The position numbers and the translations under genes were made by a program. 49,731 nucleotides of DNA from Patescibacteria group bacterium (GTDB lineage Bacteria; Patescibacteriota; Microgenomatia; Daviesbacterales; UBA10151): contig JAHIUE010000080.1 in assembly GCA_018817205.1 (NCBI GenBank), positions 1 through 49,731 of the forward strand, given 5' to 3'. The notes under the pieces are model-generated. The model was not told the origin of the DNA. It saw only the letters and a list, made by a program, of their open reading frames with translations, and ran no database searches. Of this stretch, positions 28,150-38,146 are shown one piece after another. Position 1 is the stretch's first letter; every line of letters starts with the position of its first letter.

Positions 28150-29043
28150 TTATTTTTGATTAATTAATACTGTAAATATGCCGGAGCCGGAGGATTTGGC
28201 AGAAAGTTTAGATCCATCAATTTTAGCGTCAAGCTCTTGCCACTCTGACCCATTATACTGGTAAAGTTCTGCATCTGTAGGAGGATTTTCTGCAAGTTCC
28301 AGACTGACTGACCCGCTATCTAATTGCTTTGTAATAATAGTATTGAGAGCATAAACCTTACCCAAAACTTGTTTTCCGGAAGGTAGTTTTGGTACCCCTG
28401 TCAAATCGTTAATTATAGTAAAGCCAATATTAGATAATGCCTGCCTGTCACCATCAACTTTATAAACCAAATGCCCATCACCGGAAGTTAAATTGCCTAG
28501 AGCTATATCAGGTTCTTGCAGATGCCATTGAGTACTCATCCTGTAAGCCTTATCGCCTTTTTTAATATGCAAGGTGAGTGTACCGTTTTCCACTCCTTTA
28601 TCGTATTTGCAAACATTTTTACTGCAAGTTCCAAACAAAATCTCCTGTTCATACTCCCCTTTTTTCTCTTTGGTATCAATCGTTCCCATCACTCCTCTGT
28701 CAATTGAACCCGAAACATTTTCACCATCTTCATCCTCTGAAATTTTGGTGCCGGCAACTTTAATTTCATCGGGAGTACTAGTATATGCCAACTCGTAGGA
28801 AATACTATCATAAGATCCTGTTCTTTTAAGAATTAGGATCAAAGCATTACCGTCCCTTCTTGGGAAAAGCTCTGCATAAGGCCCTTCCGGATCAAAAGCA
28901 AGATCCACTTCTTCAACAAGCCCTTGAGGTTTAGAGGTAATTTTTCCAAAAGCGACCACCCCGCCTACTCCCAATATAATAAGGGCTAGTATTAGAATAA
29001 AAGTAGTTTTATGAGTTTTAAAAAGATTAATAAATTTTGCCAT
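28150..29043 (-). CDS. Hypothetical membrane-anchored protein
   Basis: N-terminal TM, beta-rich extracytoplasmic domain; overlaps the glyQS stop. Confidence 0.8.
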   Translation of the reverse strand: MAKFINLFKTHKTTFILILALIILGVGGVVAFGKITSKPQGLVEEVDLAFDPEGPYAELFPRRDGNALILILKRTGSYDSISYELAYTSTPDEIKVAGTKISEDEDGENVSGSIDRGVMGTIDTKEKKGEYEQEILFGTCSKNVCKYDKGVENGTLTLHIKKGDKAYRMSTQWHLQEPDIALGNLTSGDGHLVYKVDGDRQALSNIGFTIINDLTGVPKLPSGKQVLGKVYALNTIITKQLDSGSVSLELAENPPTDAELYQYNGSEWQELDAKIDGSKLSAKSSGSGIFTVLINQK

Positions 29044-30325
29044 TTAAATATTCCTTTAGTCCGGAAATTTTTATCCTATCCTGCTTTGTTGTATTTCTAT
29101 CTCTAACAGTCACAGCTTCATCTTCCAAACTCTTAAAATCAACGGTTATACAGAAAGGCGTTCCAATTTCGTCCTGGGAGGCATATCTGCCGCCGATATT
29201 ACCCCGATCATCCCAAGCTACCATCAAACAACTTTTTAGGTCAAGATAAATTTTGCGGGCCGTCTTCACCAGTTCCGGTTTATTGGCAAGGAGAGGAAAT
29301 ACGGCGGCTTTGATGGGTGCGAGTTTCGGATGCAGTCTTAAATAAATCCGATTATCTTCTTGCTTATAAGCATCACTTAAGAAAAACAGTAAAGACCTGT
29401 CAACTCCGGCTGACGATTCAATATCCCAAGGCAAATATTCCGCGCCTTCCAAATCTTTAAATTTCATATTTTGTCCCGAAAACTCTTCATGGCGGCTCAA
29501 ATCCCAATCGCCTCGATGGTGAATTCCCATAAACTCCGACCAACCCCAGGGAGCTTGATATTCAATATCTACTGCTTCCCTGGCATAATGAGCTTTTTCT
29601 TCGTGATTTTTAAACCTTAAATTTTCCTTACTGATCCCTAAGCCGGTATACCAATCCATCCAAAAGCTTTTCCAATATTCAAACCATTTTTCTCCAACTT
29701 TTTCTTCCGGTTTAATAAAATATTGGATTTCCATTTGTTCGAACTCGCGGGAGCGGAAAGTAAAATTCCCCGGGGTTATTTCATTACGGAAAGCCTTACC
29801 GATTTGGGCAATGCCAAAAGGCAATTTAATTCTTGTGGAATCCAAAACGTTTTTGAAATTAACATGAACCCCTTGAGTAATTTCACCTCTAAGAAAAATT
29901 TGCGATTGCTTTTCTTCCAAAACTCCTAAATAAGCTTTTACCAGCAGATTAAACTTTTGAGGATCTGTCCAGGTCGCCTGACCTTTGTGAGATTTATCGT
30001 GTTCTTTTATTTGGTCAAGATTATCTGCTCTAAATCTTTCATGACAAACTTTACACTCAACCAAAGGATCAACAAAAGCTTCCAGATGCCCGGATGCTTC
30101 CCAAACTTTAGGATTCATCATGACGGCACTATCTATACCGATGACATCCTCACGAAGTTGTACGACATCCTGCCACCACTGATTTTTGATATTTCTTTTA
30201 AGTTCTGCTCCCAAAGGGCCGTAATCCCAAGTTCCGGAAAGTCCCCCATAGATTTCCGAACCGGGATAAATAAATCCTCTTCTTTTGCAAAGTGCCACAA
30301 TTTTATCCATTAGATTATCATTCAT
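29027..30325 (-). CDS. glyQS: Glycine--tRNA ligase (alpha2 type)
   Basis: EIYGG..DYGPLG, FRNEITP..FRSREFEQME, DEIGTPFCITVD. Confidence 0.96.
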   Translation of the reverse strand: MNDNLMDKIVALCKRRGFIYPGSEIYGGLSGTWDYGPLGAELKRNIKNQWWQDVVQLREDVIGIDSAVMMNPKVWEASGHLEAFVDPLVECKVCHERFRADNLDQIKEHDKSHKGQATWTDPQKFNLLVKAYLGVLEEKQSQIFLRGEITQGVHVNFKNVLDSTRIKLPFGIAQIGKAFRNEITPGNFTFRSREFEQMEIQYFIKPEEKVGEKWFEYWKSFWMDWYTGLGISKENLRFKNHEEKAHYAREAVDIEYQAPWGWSEFMGIHHRGDWDLSRHEEFSGQNMKFKDLEGAEYLPWDIESSAGVDRSLLFFLSDAYKQEDNRIYLRLHPKLAPIKAAVFPLLANKPELVKTARKIYLDLKSCLMVAWDDRGNIGGRYASQDEIGTPFCITVDFKSLEDEAVTVRDRNTTKQDRIKISGLKEYLNGKIY

Positions 30326-30927
30326 AATCTTTTAAATAGTTGTCTACTTTTAAGTCTCCCCTCTATTACTCTTTCTACATGATACCGTAACAGCTGTTCA
30401 AGTTCCATAGCCTCTTTTTTACTTATTTCTAATTTCTCAACCTCATCCCAAGACAATAATTCTAATTTTTTAAGTAACCCCTCAAAACTTACAAAACCCA
30501 AATTGCTTAATATTTTCGCCTCAAATGCCCTAACTAAAATTTGTCTTGGATTTTTGGATAGTCTTTGCAATACATTTACCAAATGTTCATATAACTTGGG
30601 ATTTTCCTGATTTTCTGCTGTTAGTTTGTCTACCAGTTCAATAATATGAAAAGCATAAGTTGACAGCGTTAAATCTTCTTTTAATTTTTGGTAAATTTGA
30701 ATACTTTCAGCTTCGGTTAAAATTAAAAAACTTTTTGCCTGGTGCAAATACATGGAAACCCGGTTTAGCAGTTCAATGCTACCTGCCCTTCTAGAAGTAA
30801 TACGCCTTACTCCTTTTGCCAAAACGGAAATTTTCCCCTTTGATTTTGAAAATACAGTTAGAATCCTGTCCGCTTCTCCCAAATTTCTTCTTTTTAAAAT
30901 TATCCCTTCAACCTTGAACCCTTGCAT
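30322..30927 (-). CDS. recO: DNA repair protein RecO
   Basis: EGIILKRRNLGEADRILTVFS..GKI..AKGVR; no Zn-finger cysteines. Confidence 0.92.
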   Translation of the reverse strand: MQGFKVEGIILKRRNLGEADRILTVFSKSKGKISVLAKGVRRITSRRAGSIELLNRVSMYLHQAKSFLILTEAESIQIYQKLKEDLTLSTYAFHIIELVDKLTAENQENPKLYEHLVNVLQRLSKNPRQILVRAFEAKILSNLGFVSFEGLLKKLELLSWDEVEKLEISKKEAMELEQLLRYHVERVIEGRLKSRQLFKRL

Positions 30928-30937
30928 GAAGTTATAG

Positions 30938-32785
30938 CTACAGCGAAAAACTGAACTCTCTATCAGTTTCCAAATTAAAGTTAGCTACCTCCCTACCTTT
31001 TAGTTTAATTTTATGATGAAAATCTTTTGCTCCCGGTTGTTTTTGAATCAGCAGTTTATATTGATCTTTGGGTGTGTAGGGAACAGTATATTCTATTTCC
31101 AGCTTTCGGCTATTTTGCGGCCTCACTTGGATAAATGCCTCAAAAACCGTTTTCCCCAAATCCTCTATAGTGGTAACCTCGCTTTCTGAACCTTTGGAAG
31201 ATATTAGTTTACTTCCCTTTGGCACATAGAATCTGACATAATCCCGATTTATCCCGTTTAACCAAATCCCAAAAGGCTGATCGTTTTTATACTCAATGGT
31301 AATCTTCTTTTTAAAAGAACCGTCTTTTTGAATATTAATTTCCTGATTAACAGTTTGATCTACATAAAGATTGGATTTTCCGCCGGCAAAGTTTGAATCA
31401 TTAATATGCAAATAATCTCCCTCAAAACCCCTAATCTCTCCTGTCCAATCAAGGACGGATAAAGCTTTTTGGCTGCCTTGATCATGCATGTAAAACATGA
31501 TGTGTTTATGGTTGGCCATCCGGGCAATTGATTCAATCAGAGCAGGCATCTTTTCCACATCTGCCCCAAGTGATTTTGCCAAAATTTGCTGCATCAAAAC
31601 TCCCAGTATTGCTTTTCTATCTTTTTCCCCTTTTGCGGCAATCTCCGCATAAGATTCCAGCTCGTAGATAATATTTGGACAATTACACCTTTTGTCAACT
31701 TTAGCAGAATACTCAGTACCGAATATGTCAATCGGCCCGGTCACTTCTATCATACTTTCCACTGCTTGTGTATCTATATAAATGATACCGTCAAACGGCA
31801 AACCCTCCCCCAGAAGCTGATACATCCTTTCAAATTCACGGGCTGCGGTTGGAACATCGGGTGAAATATTTGAATCTCTCATGCTCCAGGCGGTCCTTGG
31901 TTTACCGGAAACTTCAGGCAGGTATTTTACGATTGGCCCGGGAGGAGTTAAGGGGCAAATTTTGGTTAAACAGACGTTAAGGAGTTTTTCATCCAGCCGG
32001 TAGATATCATCAGAGGTTGTTGCGGAAACCTGGCCACGGTTTATGGTGATCGTTGCAAAAGCCGTTAAAAATCCTCCGGTTGGCCTAATTTCTTTATCGT
32101 TTTGGAAAAGCAATAAATAATTTTTAGGCTGGTCTACCCCTAAAAGTTGCGGTATTGCTGCCAATGCCTCCTTGCCTTCTTTTGCTGCCACACCCGATCC
32201 CAAGATGAAATTCTTCACTATTTCCAAATCTTTTCTTAAACTTACCGTGCCAATTCTTTCCGGATATTTATTGGTATCAATATTTTTGACTGAATTTGCC
32301 GCCTTTGCTAAATTACCTTCAATCTTAGATAAGTACGGCAAAGCATTATTAAGAATATTTACCGCTTGTGTTACCCTATCCGGGCCGCTTTTTGGATGTC
32401 CATCAAAACCCATTTCTATTTTGGCCGGCGAAATACTTGTAAGAATAGTGTCTAAGGCCACGAATTCTTCCACCCCGGCGTTGGTAAAACCTTTGATGTC
32501 CGAGTAATACCCGCCTAATATCGGTATAATTCTTAGCCAAAACAAGAAGCTTAAAGAAATATTAGCTCCCTGCAAACTATTTTTGGTGGAAATAACTTCA
32601 TTTTGTAAACTATCAAATTGCTGCTCTTTGTATGCGGCAATTACGGCTTTTCCATGAGAGGCAGCTCCTTTAAATCCCAAGAAAGCAAAAATAGACGGAA
32701 TAACTAGAGCAATAGCAACAACCACGAAAATCACTAGTAGTCTTCTGCGGGAAGTGTTTTGTTTTCTATTTAATCTTTTAAGCAT
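30938..32785 (-). CDS. DUF4012 domain membrane-anchored protein
   Basis: YLLLFQN.KEIRPTGGF, RDSNISPD, N..GGKSNLYV, YVRFYVPKGS, QKQPG; start uncertain. Confidence 0.82.
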   Translation of the reverse strand: MLKRLNRKQNTSRRRLLVIFVVVAIALVIPSIFAFLGFKGAASHGKAVIAAYKEQQFDSLQNEVISTKNSLQGANISLSFLFWLRIIPILGGYYSDIKGFTNAGVEEFVALDTILTSISPAKIEMGFDGHPKSGPDRVTQAVNILNNALPYLSKIEGNLAKAANSVKNIDTNKYPERIGTVSLRKDLEIVKNFILGSGVAAKEGKEALAAIPQLLGVDQPKNYLLLFQNDKEIRPTGGFLTAFATITINRGQVSATTSDDIYRLDEKLLNVCLTKICPLTPPGPIVKYLPEVSGKPRTAWSMRDSNISPDVPTAAREFERMYQLLGEGLPFDGIIYIDTQAVESMIEVTGPIDIFGTEYSAKVDKRCNCPNIIYELESYAEIAAKGEKDRKAILGVLMQQILAKSLGADVEKMPALIESIARMANHKHIMFYMHDQGSQKALSVLDWTGEIRGFEGDYLHINDSNFAGGKSNLYVDQTVNQEINIQKDGSFKKKITIEYKNDQPFGIWLNGINRDYVRFYVPKGSKLISSKGSESEVTTIEDLGKTVFEAFIQVRPQNSRKLEIEYTVPYTPKDQYKLLIQKQPGAKDFHHKIKLKGREVANFNLETDREFSFSL

Positions 32786-33414
32786 TAGACGGCTCCTCTT
32801 CCCGATAAAACTGCCGGAACAGTTTTTAAGATAAGCCAAAAATCATAAAAGATCGATCTTTTTTTAACATACATGGCATCCATTTTTACTCTTTTGTCAA
32901 AATTTATTTCCGACCTACCGGTAACCTGCCAAACTCCTGTTAAGCCGGGCTTACCTGATAAAATAACTTTAACATATTTCCTGGAGGCCGGATAGTTTTT
33001 TTGCTGTTCCTCAAGTTCATAAGGGTAATAAGCCCGTGGGCCTACCAAACTCATCTCTCCCTTTAAAATATTAAGAGATTGGGGAAGTTCGTCAATCGAG
33101 TATTTTCTGATAAATTTGCCTACTCTGGTCACCCTGGGATCATTGAATATTTTATAGCCGTGTCTCTTATATTCTTCCATTAGATCGGGATTTTTTTCCA
33201 AAATCTCATGGGCATTTTGCACCATTGAACGAAACTTATAAATTCTGAACAATTTGCCGTTCTTACCCGCCCTCATTGGAGTATCGGCAAATATTGGTCC
33301 GGGCGAATCAATCGAAATTGCCAAAGCAACCAGTAATAAAAGCGGAGACAAAAAGATTAGTCCTAACAAGGACCCGATAATATCTATAAATCTTTTCAAA
33401 AAATCATAAATCAT
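32785..33414 (-). CDS. Priming phosphoglycosyl transferase (bacterial sugar transferase family)
   Basis: KRFIDI, YKFRSM, DPRVTRVGKFIRKYSIDELPQ, GEMSLVGPR, PGLTG.WQV. Confidence 0.95.
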   Translation of the reverse strand: MIYDFLKRFIDIIGSLLGLIFLSPLLLLVALAISIDSPGPIFADTPMRAGKNGKLFRIYKFRSMVQNAHEILEKNPDLMEEYKRHGYKIFNDPRVTRVGKFIRKYSIDELPQSLNILKGEMSLVGPRAYYPYELEEQQKNYPASRKYVKVILSGKPGLTGVWQVTGRSEINFDKRVKMDAMYVKKRSIFYDFWLILKTVPAVLSGRGAV

Positions 33415-34408
33415 TGACTACCTCCTTAAAATTTTTTATGAAATCCTCTTTACTAAAGCGGGAGGCATTTTCACTACAATCACCAGGATCTATTTTAACT
33501 TTGTCAAGCTTAATTATAGCATCTGTTAAACTTACCACATTCTGTTGGGGAAAAAATATGCCTGTCTTATTTGGGATTACTGTTTCCAATGAGCCACCCT
33601 CGGCATAAGCAATTACAGGTTTACCTAAAGCTTGAGCCTCCAAACCAGCCAACCCAAAATCCTCAATACCGGGAACAATTAAAGCCTTACATCCTGCCAA
33701 GACTTGCAATACCATTCCCTCATCTAATCTACCGTCAATTATTTTAAGCGGGAAACCTAATTTTCTACACGCTGCCTTAGCCAAATCAAACCTTTTGTAT
33801 TTGTTCGGTCTGCCCATCACTACAAAATAACCACCATCAAAACTTTCAATACCTTTAAACCTCTCCAAATCAACGAACGGGTAAACTACCTTTGCATCCA
33901 TACCGTAAACTTTTTTAATTCTCTTCTTTGCATTCTCTGACCCTGCTAAAAATAAATCCACCCTCCGGGCGGAGATACTATCATATATTCTTAATTTCGA
34001 TAATAGGCTTTCCGCAAAACCGTAATTTTTTTCTCCGGAAAAATGCCATAAAAATCTCGGCGGAGTATGACAGTAACAAATGTGTTTAGTTTCAGGTTTC
34101 GTAATGATACTTTTTGCAAACCGGGTAGTATGGGAGATTACCAAATCAAACATAGAAAAATCAAACTGCTCAAATGCAATAGGATATAAAGGTAATAATG
34201 CCTTATACAAAGATCTCCAGCCGGGAATTTTCTGCAAAAAAGAAGTTATTATTTTTTTGGAACCAAATACTTTTGAAAGCAAAAAATTATTATTGTCAAA
34301 AACGGAAGTATAAATGGGGGCATCGGGATAAATTTCCGAAAGCCCCAACAAAACTCTTTCCGCCCCTCCCCATTGGACTAAATCATCATGTACTATCGCT
34401 ACACGCAT
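33404..34408 (-). CDS. GT4 glycosyltransferase
   Basis: HDDL..GGAERVL, YCHTPPR, EDFGL..LEAQ..GKPVI. Confidence 0.92.
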   Translation of the reverse strand: MRVAIVHDDLVQWGGAERVLLGLSEIYPDAPIYTSVFDNNNFLLSKVFGSKKIITSFLQKIPGWRSLYKALLPLYPIAFEQFDFSMFDLVISHTTRFAKSIITKPETKHICYCHTPPRFLWHFSGEKNYGFAESLLSKLRIYDSISARRVDLFLAGSENAKKRIKKVYGMDAKVVYPFVDLERFKGIESFDGGYFVVMGRPNKYKRFDLAKAACRKLGFPLKIIDGRLDEGMVLQVLAGCKALIVPGIEDFGLAGLEAQALGKPVIAYAEGGSLETVIPNKTGIFFPQQNVVSLTDAIIKLDKVKIDPGDCSENASRFSKEDFIKNFKEVVNDL

Positions 34409-35493
34409 TGCCGGTATACCTCCAAAGTTTTTTGGGCTAATGTTTTCCAGCTGAAACTTTTGTGTCTTTTTAGCCCTTTTTCTATTAGTCTAAGCCGTAA
34501 TTTTTCATCGTCCAATATTTCGGAAATCTTTTCTACCATATTATTTGTATCAAACGGATCAAAATACAAACATGCATCTCGTCCTATCTCCGGCAGGCTT
34601 CCGGCGTTTGAAGAAACCACCGGACACCCGCAAGCCATAGCTTCCAAGATTGGTATACCAAATCCTTCTTCAAAAGAAGGCAGAACAAATGCGGCGGCAT
34701 TTCTATACATAGCAACTAATTCCTCATCGGAAATCTTGCCTGTATAAATAATATCCTGATAACTGTATTCCTTTTTAATCTTCTGCCAAAAATAATGATC
34801 AGCTCCTGCCAAAACCAGTTTTAGAGTTTTGTATTTTTCCTTTAATATAAGATAAGCTTTTATTAATCCTTCTACATTTTTATGAGGGTGTGCATTGCCT
34901 ACATAAAAAATGAACGGAAAATCGAATTTTTTTGTAGCCTTGGTTCCGGGAAGTCTATCATCAACTGCCTCCGGCGTTACAACAATTTTTTCTCCGCTTA
35001 TCTTCCAATTTTCAGTTAGTTGCCCTTTCACAAAATTAGAAGGCACTAAAATTTTCGAAGATTTACTTAAAGCATTTTTTAACACAATCTTGTATCCCGC
35101 TTGTTTAATTTTATAAATAATCGGTCCATGAGTTGTTGCCCTCTCCATAGAAAAATGCTGGTGGATTAAATCATGGATAGTAACTACAAATTTTCCATTG
35201 TAAAAAAACGGCACATTAAAATGAGGAAAGTGCACCAGGTTGGGTTTGACTGAATCAAGCATCTGCGGCAGTCTAATTTGTTCCTTCACTCCATACCAGG
35301 GGAAATCTGCCAAAATCTTATGGAAATTATTCTGATACTTAAGGCTATTGAAATCTTCTTTGCAGTGAAGAATAAAATACTCATTTTCTTTATCAAGTAT
35401 TTGCAGATGAGTTATAAGATTTCTGATGTACCTACCTATTCCCGACTGCTGATACATCCGGCCGTCTATTACTATCCTTAAGGGATTTATCAT
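34399..35493 (-). CDS. GT4 glycosyltransferase
   Basis: SGIGRY, TIHDL, PHKN, EGFGIPILEAMACG. Confidence 0.93.
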   Translation of the reverse strand: MINPLRIVIDGRMYQQSGIGRYIRNLITHLQILDKENEYFILHCKEDFNSLKYQNNFHKILADFPWYGVKEQIRLPQMLDSVKPNLVHFPHFNVPFFYNGKFVVTIHDLIHQHFSMERATTHGPIIYKIKQAGYKIVLKNALSKSSKILVPSNFVKGQLTENWKISGEKIVVTPEAVDDRLPGTKATKKFDFPFIFYVGNAHPHKNVEGLIKAYLILKEKYKTLKLVLAGADHYFWQKIKKEYSYQDIIYTGKISDEELVAMYRNAAAFVLPSFEEGFGIPILEAMACGCPVVSSNAGSLPEIGRDACLYFDPFDTNNMVEKISEILDDEKLRLRLIEKGLKRHKSFSWKTLAQKTLEVYRQCV

Positions 35494-36677
35494 TTTTTAC
35501 CTAAATCCTCATAAATTGCACTTAATTTTTTGGCAATCGGATCCCAGTCGTATTTTTCTCTTACCATTTTCTTGGCATTTTCCGCAATGCGTTGATATTT
35601 TTTTTGATCGGTAAGTAAATCAATCGCTGCTTGGGCAATGTCTGCCGGATCATCCTGTATGATAACCTCTACTCCATCCTGGGCCTCTGTTCCTCTAATA
35701 CCTATGGATGTAGTTACTACCGGAAGTCCGGAAGCAAATGCTTCAAAGTTTTTATACCTGGTTCCTCCTCCCCCATAAATCGGAGCAACTAAAAGTGAAG
35801 CTTTTTGGTAAACCTCTCTTACGTCATCCACTTCTAAAATCCGTATATCGGAAGAAGTGAAATTCGAAAAAAAAGATTTAGCTTCTTTGCCAACTATCCA
35901 AAGTTTAGCTTCCGACAGTCCCATCTTGATTTTCGGCCAGACTTTTTTTATTAACACGTCTACCGCTTCCCTATTCTGCAGCCAAGTGAAATTTCCTAAA
36001 TAAAGTATGATGGGATTAACAGACCTAGACGCAATAGAACGACCGAAAAATTTACTATCCACCCCATTAGGTACAATATCAACGTCAAGTTCGTTTGTCT
36101 CACTCAGCATTGTCTTTTTATCCTCCTCCGACATTGCCACCACTCTTTTTGCTATCTTCCAATATTTCAGCTCCCAATACTTCATTTTCACCACATCAAT
36201 ATACAAGAACGGTTTGATCAAAGGTAAATTAAATCCATCTACAAAGTGTTTGTAAACTAAATATTCTATGGTCTGCTCCACCAAAAGAATCGGGATGGAA
36301 GTTTTGGGAATATGAGGCATTACATAAAAAGTCTCGGCATGGATTAAATCAAATTTTTCCTCTCTTAATTTATCTGCAATTGCATCCTTCTCGCCTTTAG
36401 CCCAATTTCTTATGACCAAAAACGGATAAAAACTGAACCCTGTCCGGAGTATATTGCCGGCAGTCCAGGGTTTTTCAGACCTTGGGAAAACCTGTACTTC
36501 TTTGCAATATTTTTGAAGTTCACCGACATATTTCCTTTCAGTATTACTCTTGACTAAACAGAACAGGGTGATTTCATGCCCCAAAGACGCAAGTCTTTTT
36601 ATTAAGTTGTATGAACGGGTTTGACCTCCTGTGAGAAGAGGGTAAGGGAGGTATGGTGTCAACATTAAAAGTTTCAT
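35490..36677 (-). CDS. GT4-like glycosyltransferase
   Basis: PYP..GG, VPNGVD, GGGTRYK..EAFASGLPVV. Confidence 0.9.
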   Translation of the reverse strand: MKLLMLTPYLPYPLLTGGQTRSYNLIKRLASLGHEITLFCLVKSNTERKYVGELQKYCKEVQVFPRSEKPWTAGNILRTGFSFYPFLVIRNWAKGEKDAIADKLREEKFDLIHAETFYVMPHIPKTSIPILLVEQTIEYLVYKHFVDGFNLPLIKPFLYIDVVKMKYWELKYWKIAKRVVAMSEEDKKTMLSETNELDVDIVPNGVDSKFFGRSIASRSVNPIILYLGNFTWLQNREAVDVLIKKVWPKIKMGLSEAKLWIVGKEAKSFFSNFTSSDIRILEVDDVREVYQKASLLVAPIYGGGGTRYKNFEAFASGLPVVTTSIGIRGTEAQDGVEVIIQDDPADIAQAAIDLLTDQKKYQRIAENAKKMVREKYDWDPIAKKLSAIYEDLGKK

Positions 36678-38146
36678 AAGGGAATTTTTGGTTTCGTCAA
36701 ATCTGCAATCACAAAGTCTTCTGTATCTTCCAAAACTTCAAAATGTTCCATCACCCATTTAGTCCTATCATCTTTTACGGTAGATACATAACTTGTAACC
36801 CCATAATCAGTTACTAGTTCCACAAGTGGCAGCATTTCGGCAGCAAACCCAGGACGGTTTGTTTGATACAAAAAGGCAGTGTCGCCATTATACGGTGCTA
36901 AAACTACCGCCCGTTTTGGTAATATTTGGTCGGCCCTTTTGCCGGCTTCAACGATGGCGGGATTATTCACTTTATAAAATTCTTTGACAACTTTGTAGCC
37001 AAAATAGAAGGACAAGGGGAATAAAAGCAAAACCAGTAGTATGGTCCAAATTCTTGGTAAAAAGGCGGCGTTCCCCTTCAAGAGCCGGATAAAACCTAAA
37101 GAGAAAAAAATACTGGCTACCGGCACAAAAAGTATTTGGTAGTAATTATGCCTGACATTACCTGTTGCAAAAACTGCCATGAATAATAAAGAAGACAAAG
37201 CCCAAAAATGTAAGAAGTAATTCCCATTTTTTGGTCTACTGATAAATCCAACGAGGAACAGTACTAATCCTGTTGCGCCCAAAATTTCCCGTCCCATTCT
37301 TTCTGATATTATCCACCACCAAAATGCCGGCCTAAACCGAATCCCATCACCATTAAGTAACCAATTAGCTGCCGGAATCCCTTGGGGTTGTTGAAATATC
37401 CAAAGTCTCCATAAAGCAAACGGCAGTAAAGCAATTGCCGTCAAAAGTATAAACTTAATCCAGAATCTTTTCTCGCCTCGTTTGAAAACCGGATAAAGTA
37501 ACGGCAAAAAGAAAAAAATTGCCCATGGCTTGATTAAAAATGCTATAACGGAAAAAATAAATCCTAAAACCGCATGTAAGTTTCTATTACTTTCTATCCA
37601 TTTGTCCATAAAATAAATCATCCCTAAAGCAAAGAAAACAAAAGTCGCCTCAGGCAATGTGGTCCTTGAGAAAAAAACATTAAAAGGTAATAAGGCAAAA
37701 GTAAAGGCCGTTACAAATCCCGCAAAAATACCTGCATATTTTTTAGCTATAAAGAATATTAATGCTATTGAACCTAAAGAAAAAATTACGGAAACAAGAC
37801 GGTGATATACTTCGTTAATCCCAAAGAAAACATATAAAGGATAAACCGCGATATTATAAACTGGAAACTCAACAAACCGGAACCTGGCAGGATTTATAAT
37901 AGGATTTTCCGCCACTCCCGACATATCATCATATTTTGGGAAAAATGGGTTAAATCCCTCTTTGATAAAATTTCTTGTCACTGCCGCAGTATCAGCCTGC
38001 CGCCATGAATGCCAATCGGCAATGGGCGAGTCAATTCTGTAAAGTCTTACCAAAAGACCAAAGAAAATTATAATTAGTAGCCAAAAATATTGGTTTAAGA
38101 TCGTCAGATCGCAAGCTTTGCTTACAAATACTTTAAATATTTTCAT
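36674..38146 (-). CDS. GT-C fold (ArnT/PMT-like) membrane glycosyltransferase
   Basis: Polytopic; WRQADTA, EFP.YN, HNYYQ motifs. Confidence 0.85.
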   Translation of the reverse strand: MKIFKVFVSKACDLTILNQYFWLLIIIFFGLLVRLYRIDSPIADWHSWRQADTAAVTRNFIKEGFNPFFPKYDDMSGVAENPIINPARFRFVEFPVYNIAVYPLYVFFGINEVYHRLVSVIFSLGSIALIFFIAKKYAGIFAGFVTAFTFALLPFNVFFSRTTLPEATFVFFALGMIYFMDKWIESNRNLHAVLGFIFSVIAFLIKPWAIFFFLPLLYPVFKRGEKRFWIKFILLTAIALLPFALWRLWIFQQPQGIPAANWLLNGDGIRFRPAFWWWIISERMGREILGATGLVLFLVGFISRPKNGNYFLHFWALSSLLFMAVFATGNVRHNYYQILFVPVASIFFSLGFIRLLKGNAAFLPRIWTILLVLLLFPLSFYFGYKVVKEFYKVNNPAIVEAGKRADQILPKRAVVLAPYNGDTAFLYQTNRPGFAAEMLPLVELVTDYGVTSYVSTVKDDRTKWVMEHFEVLEDTEDFVIADLTKPKIPL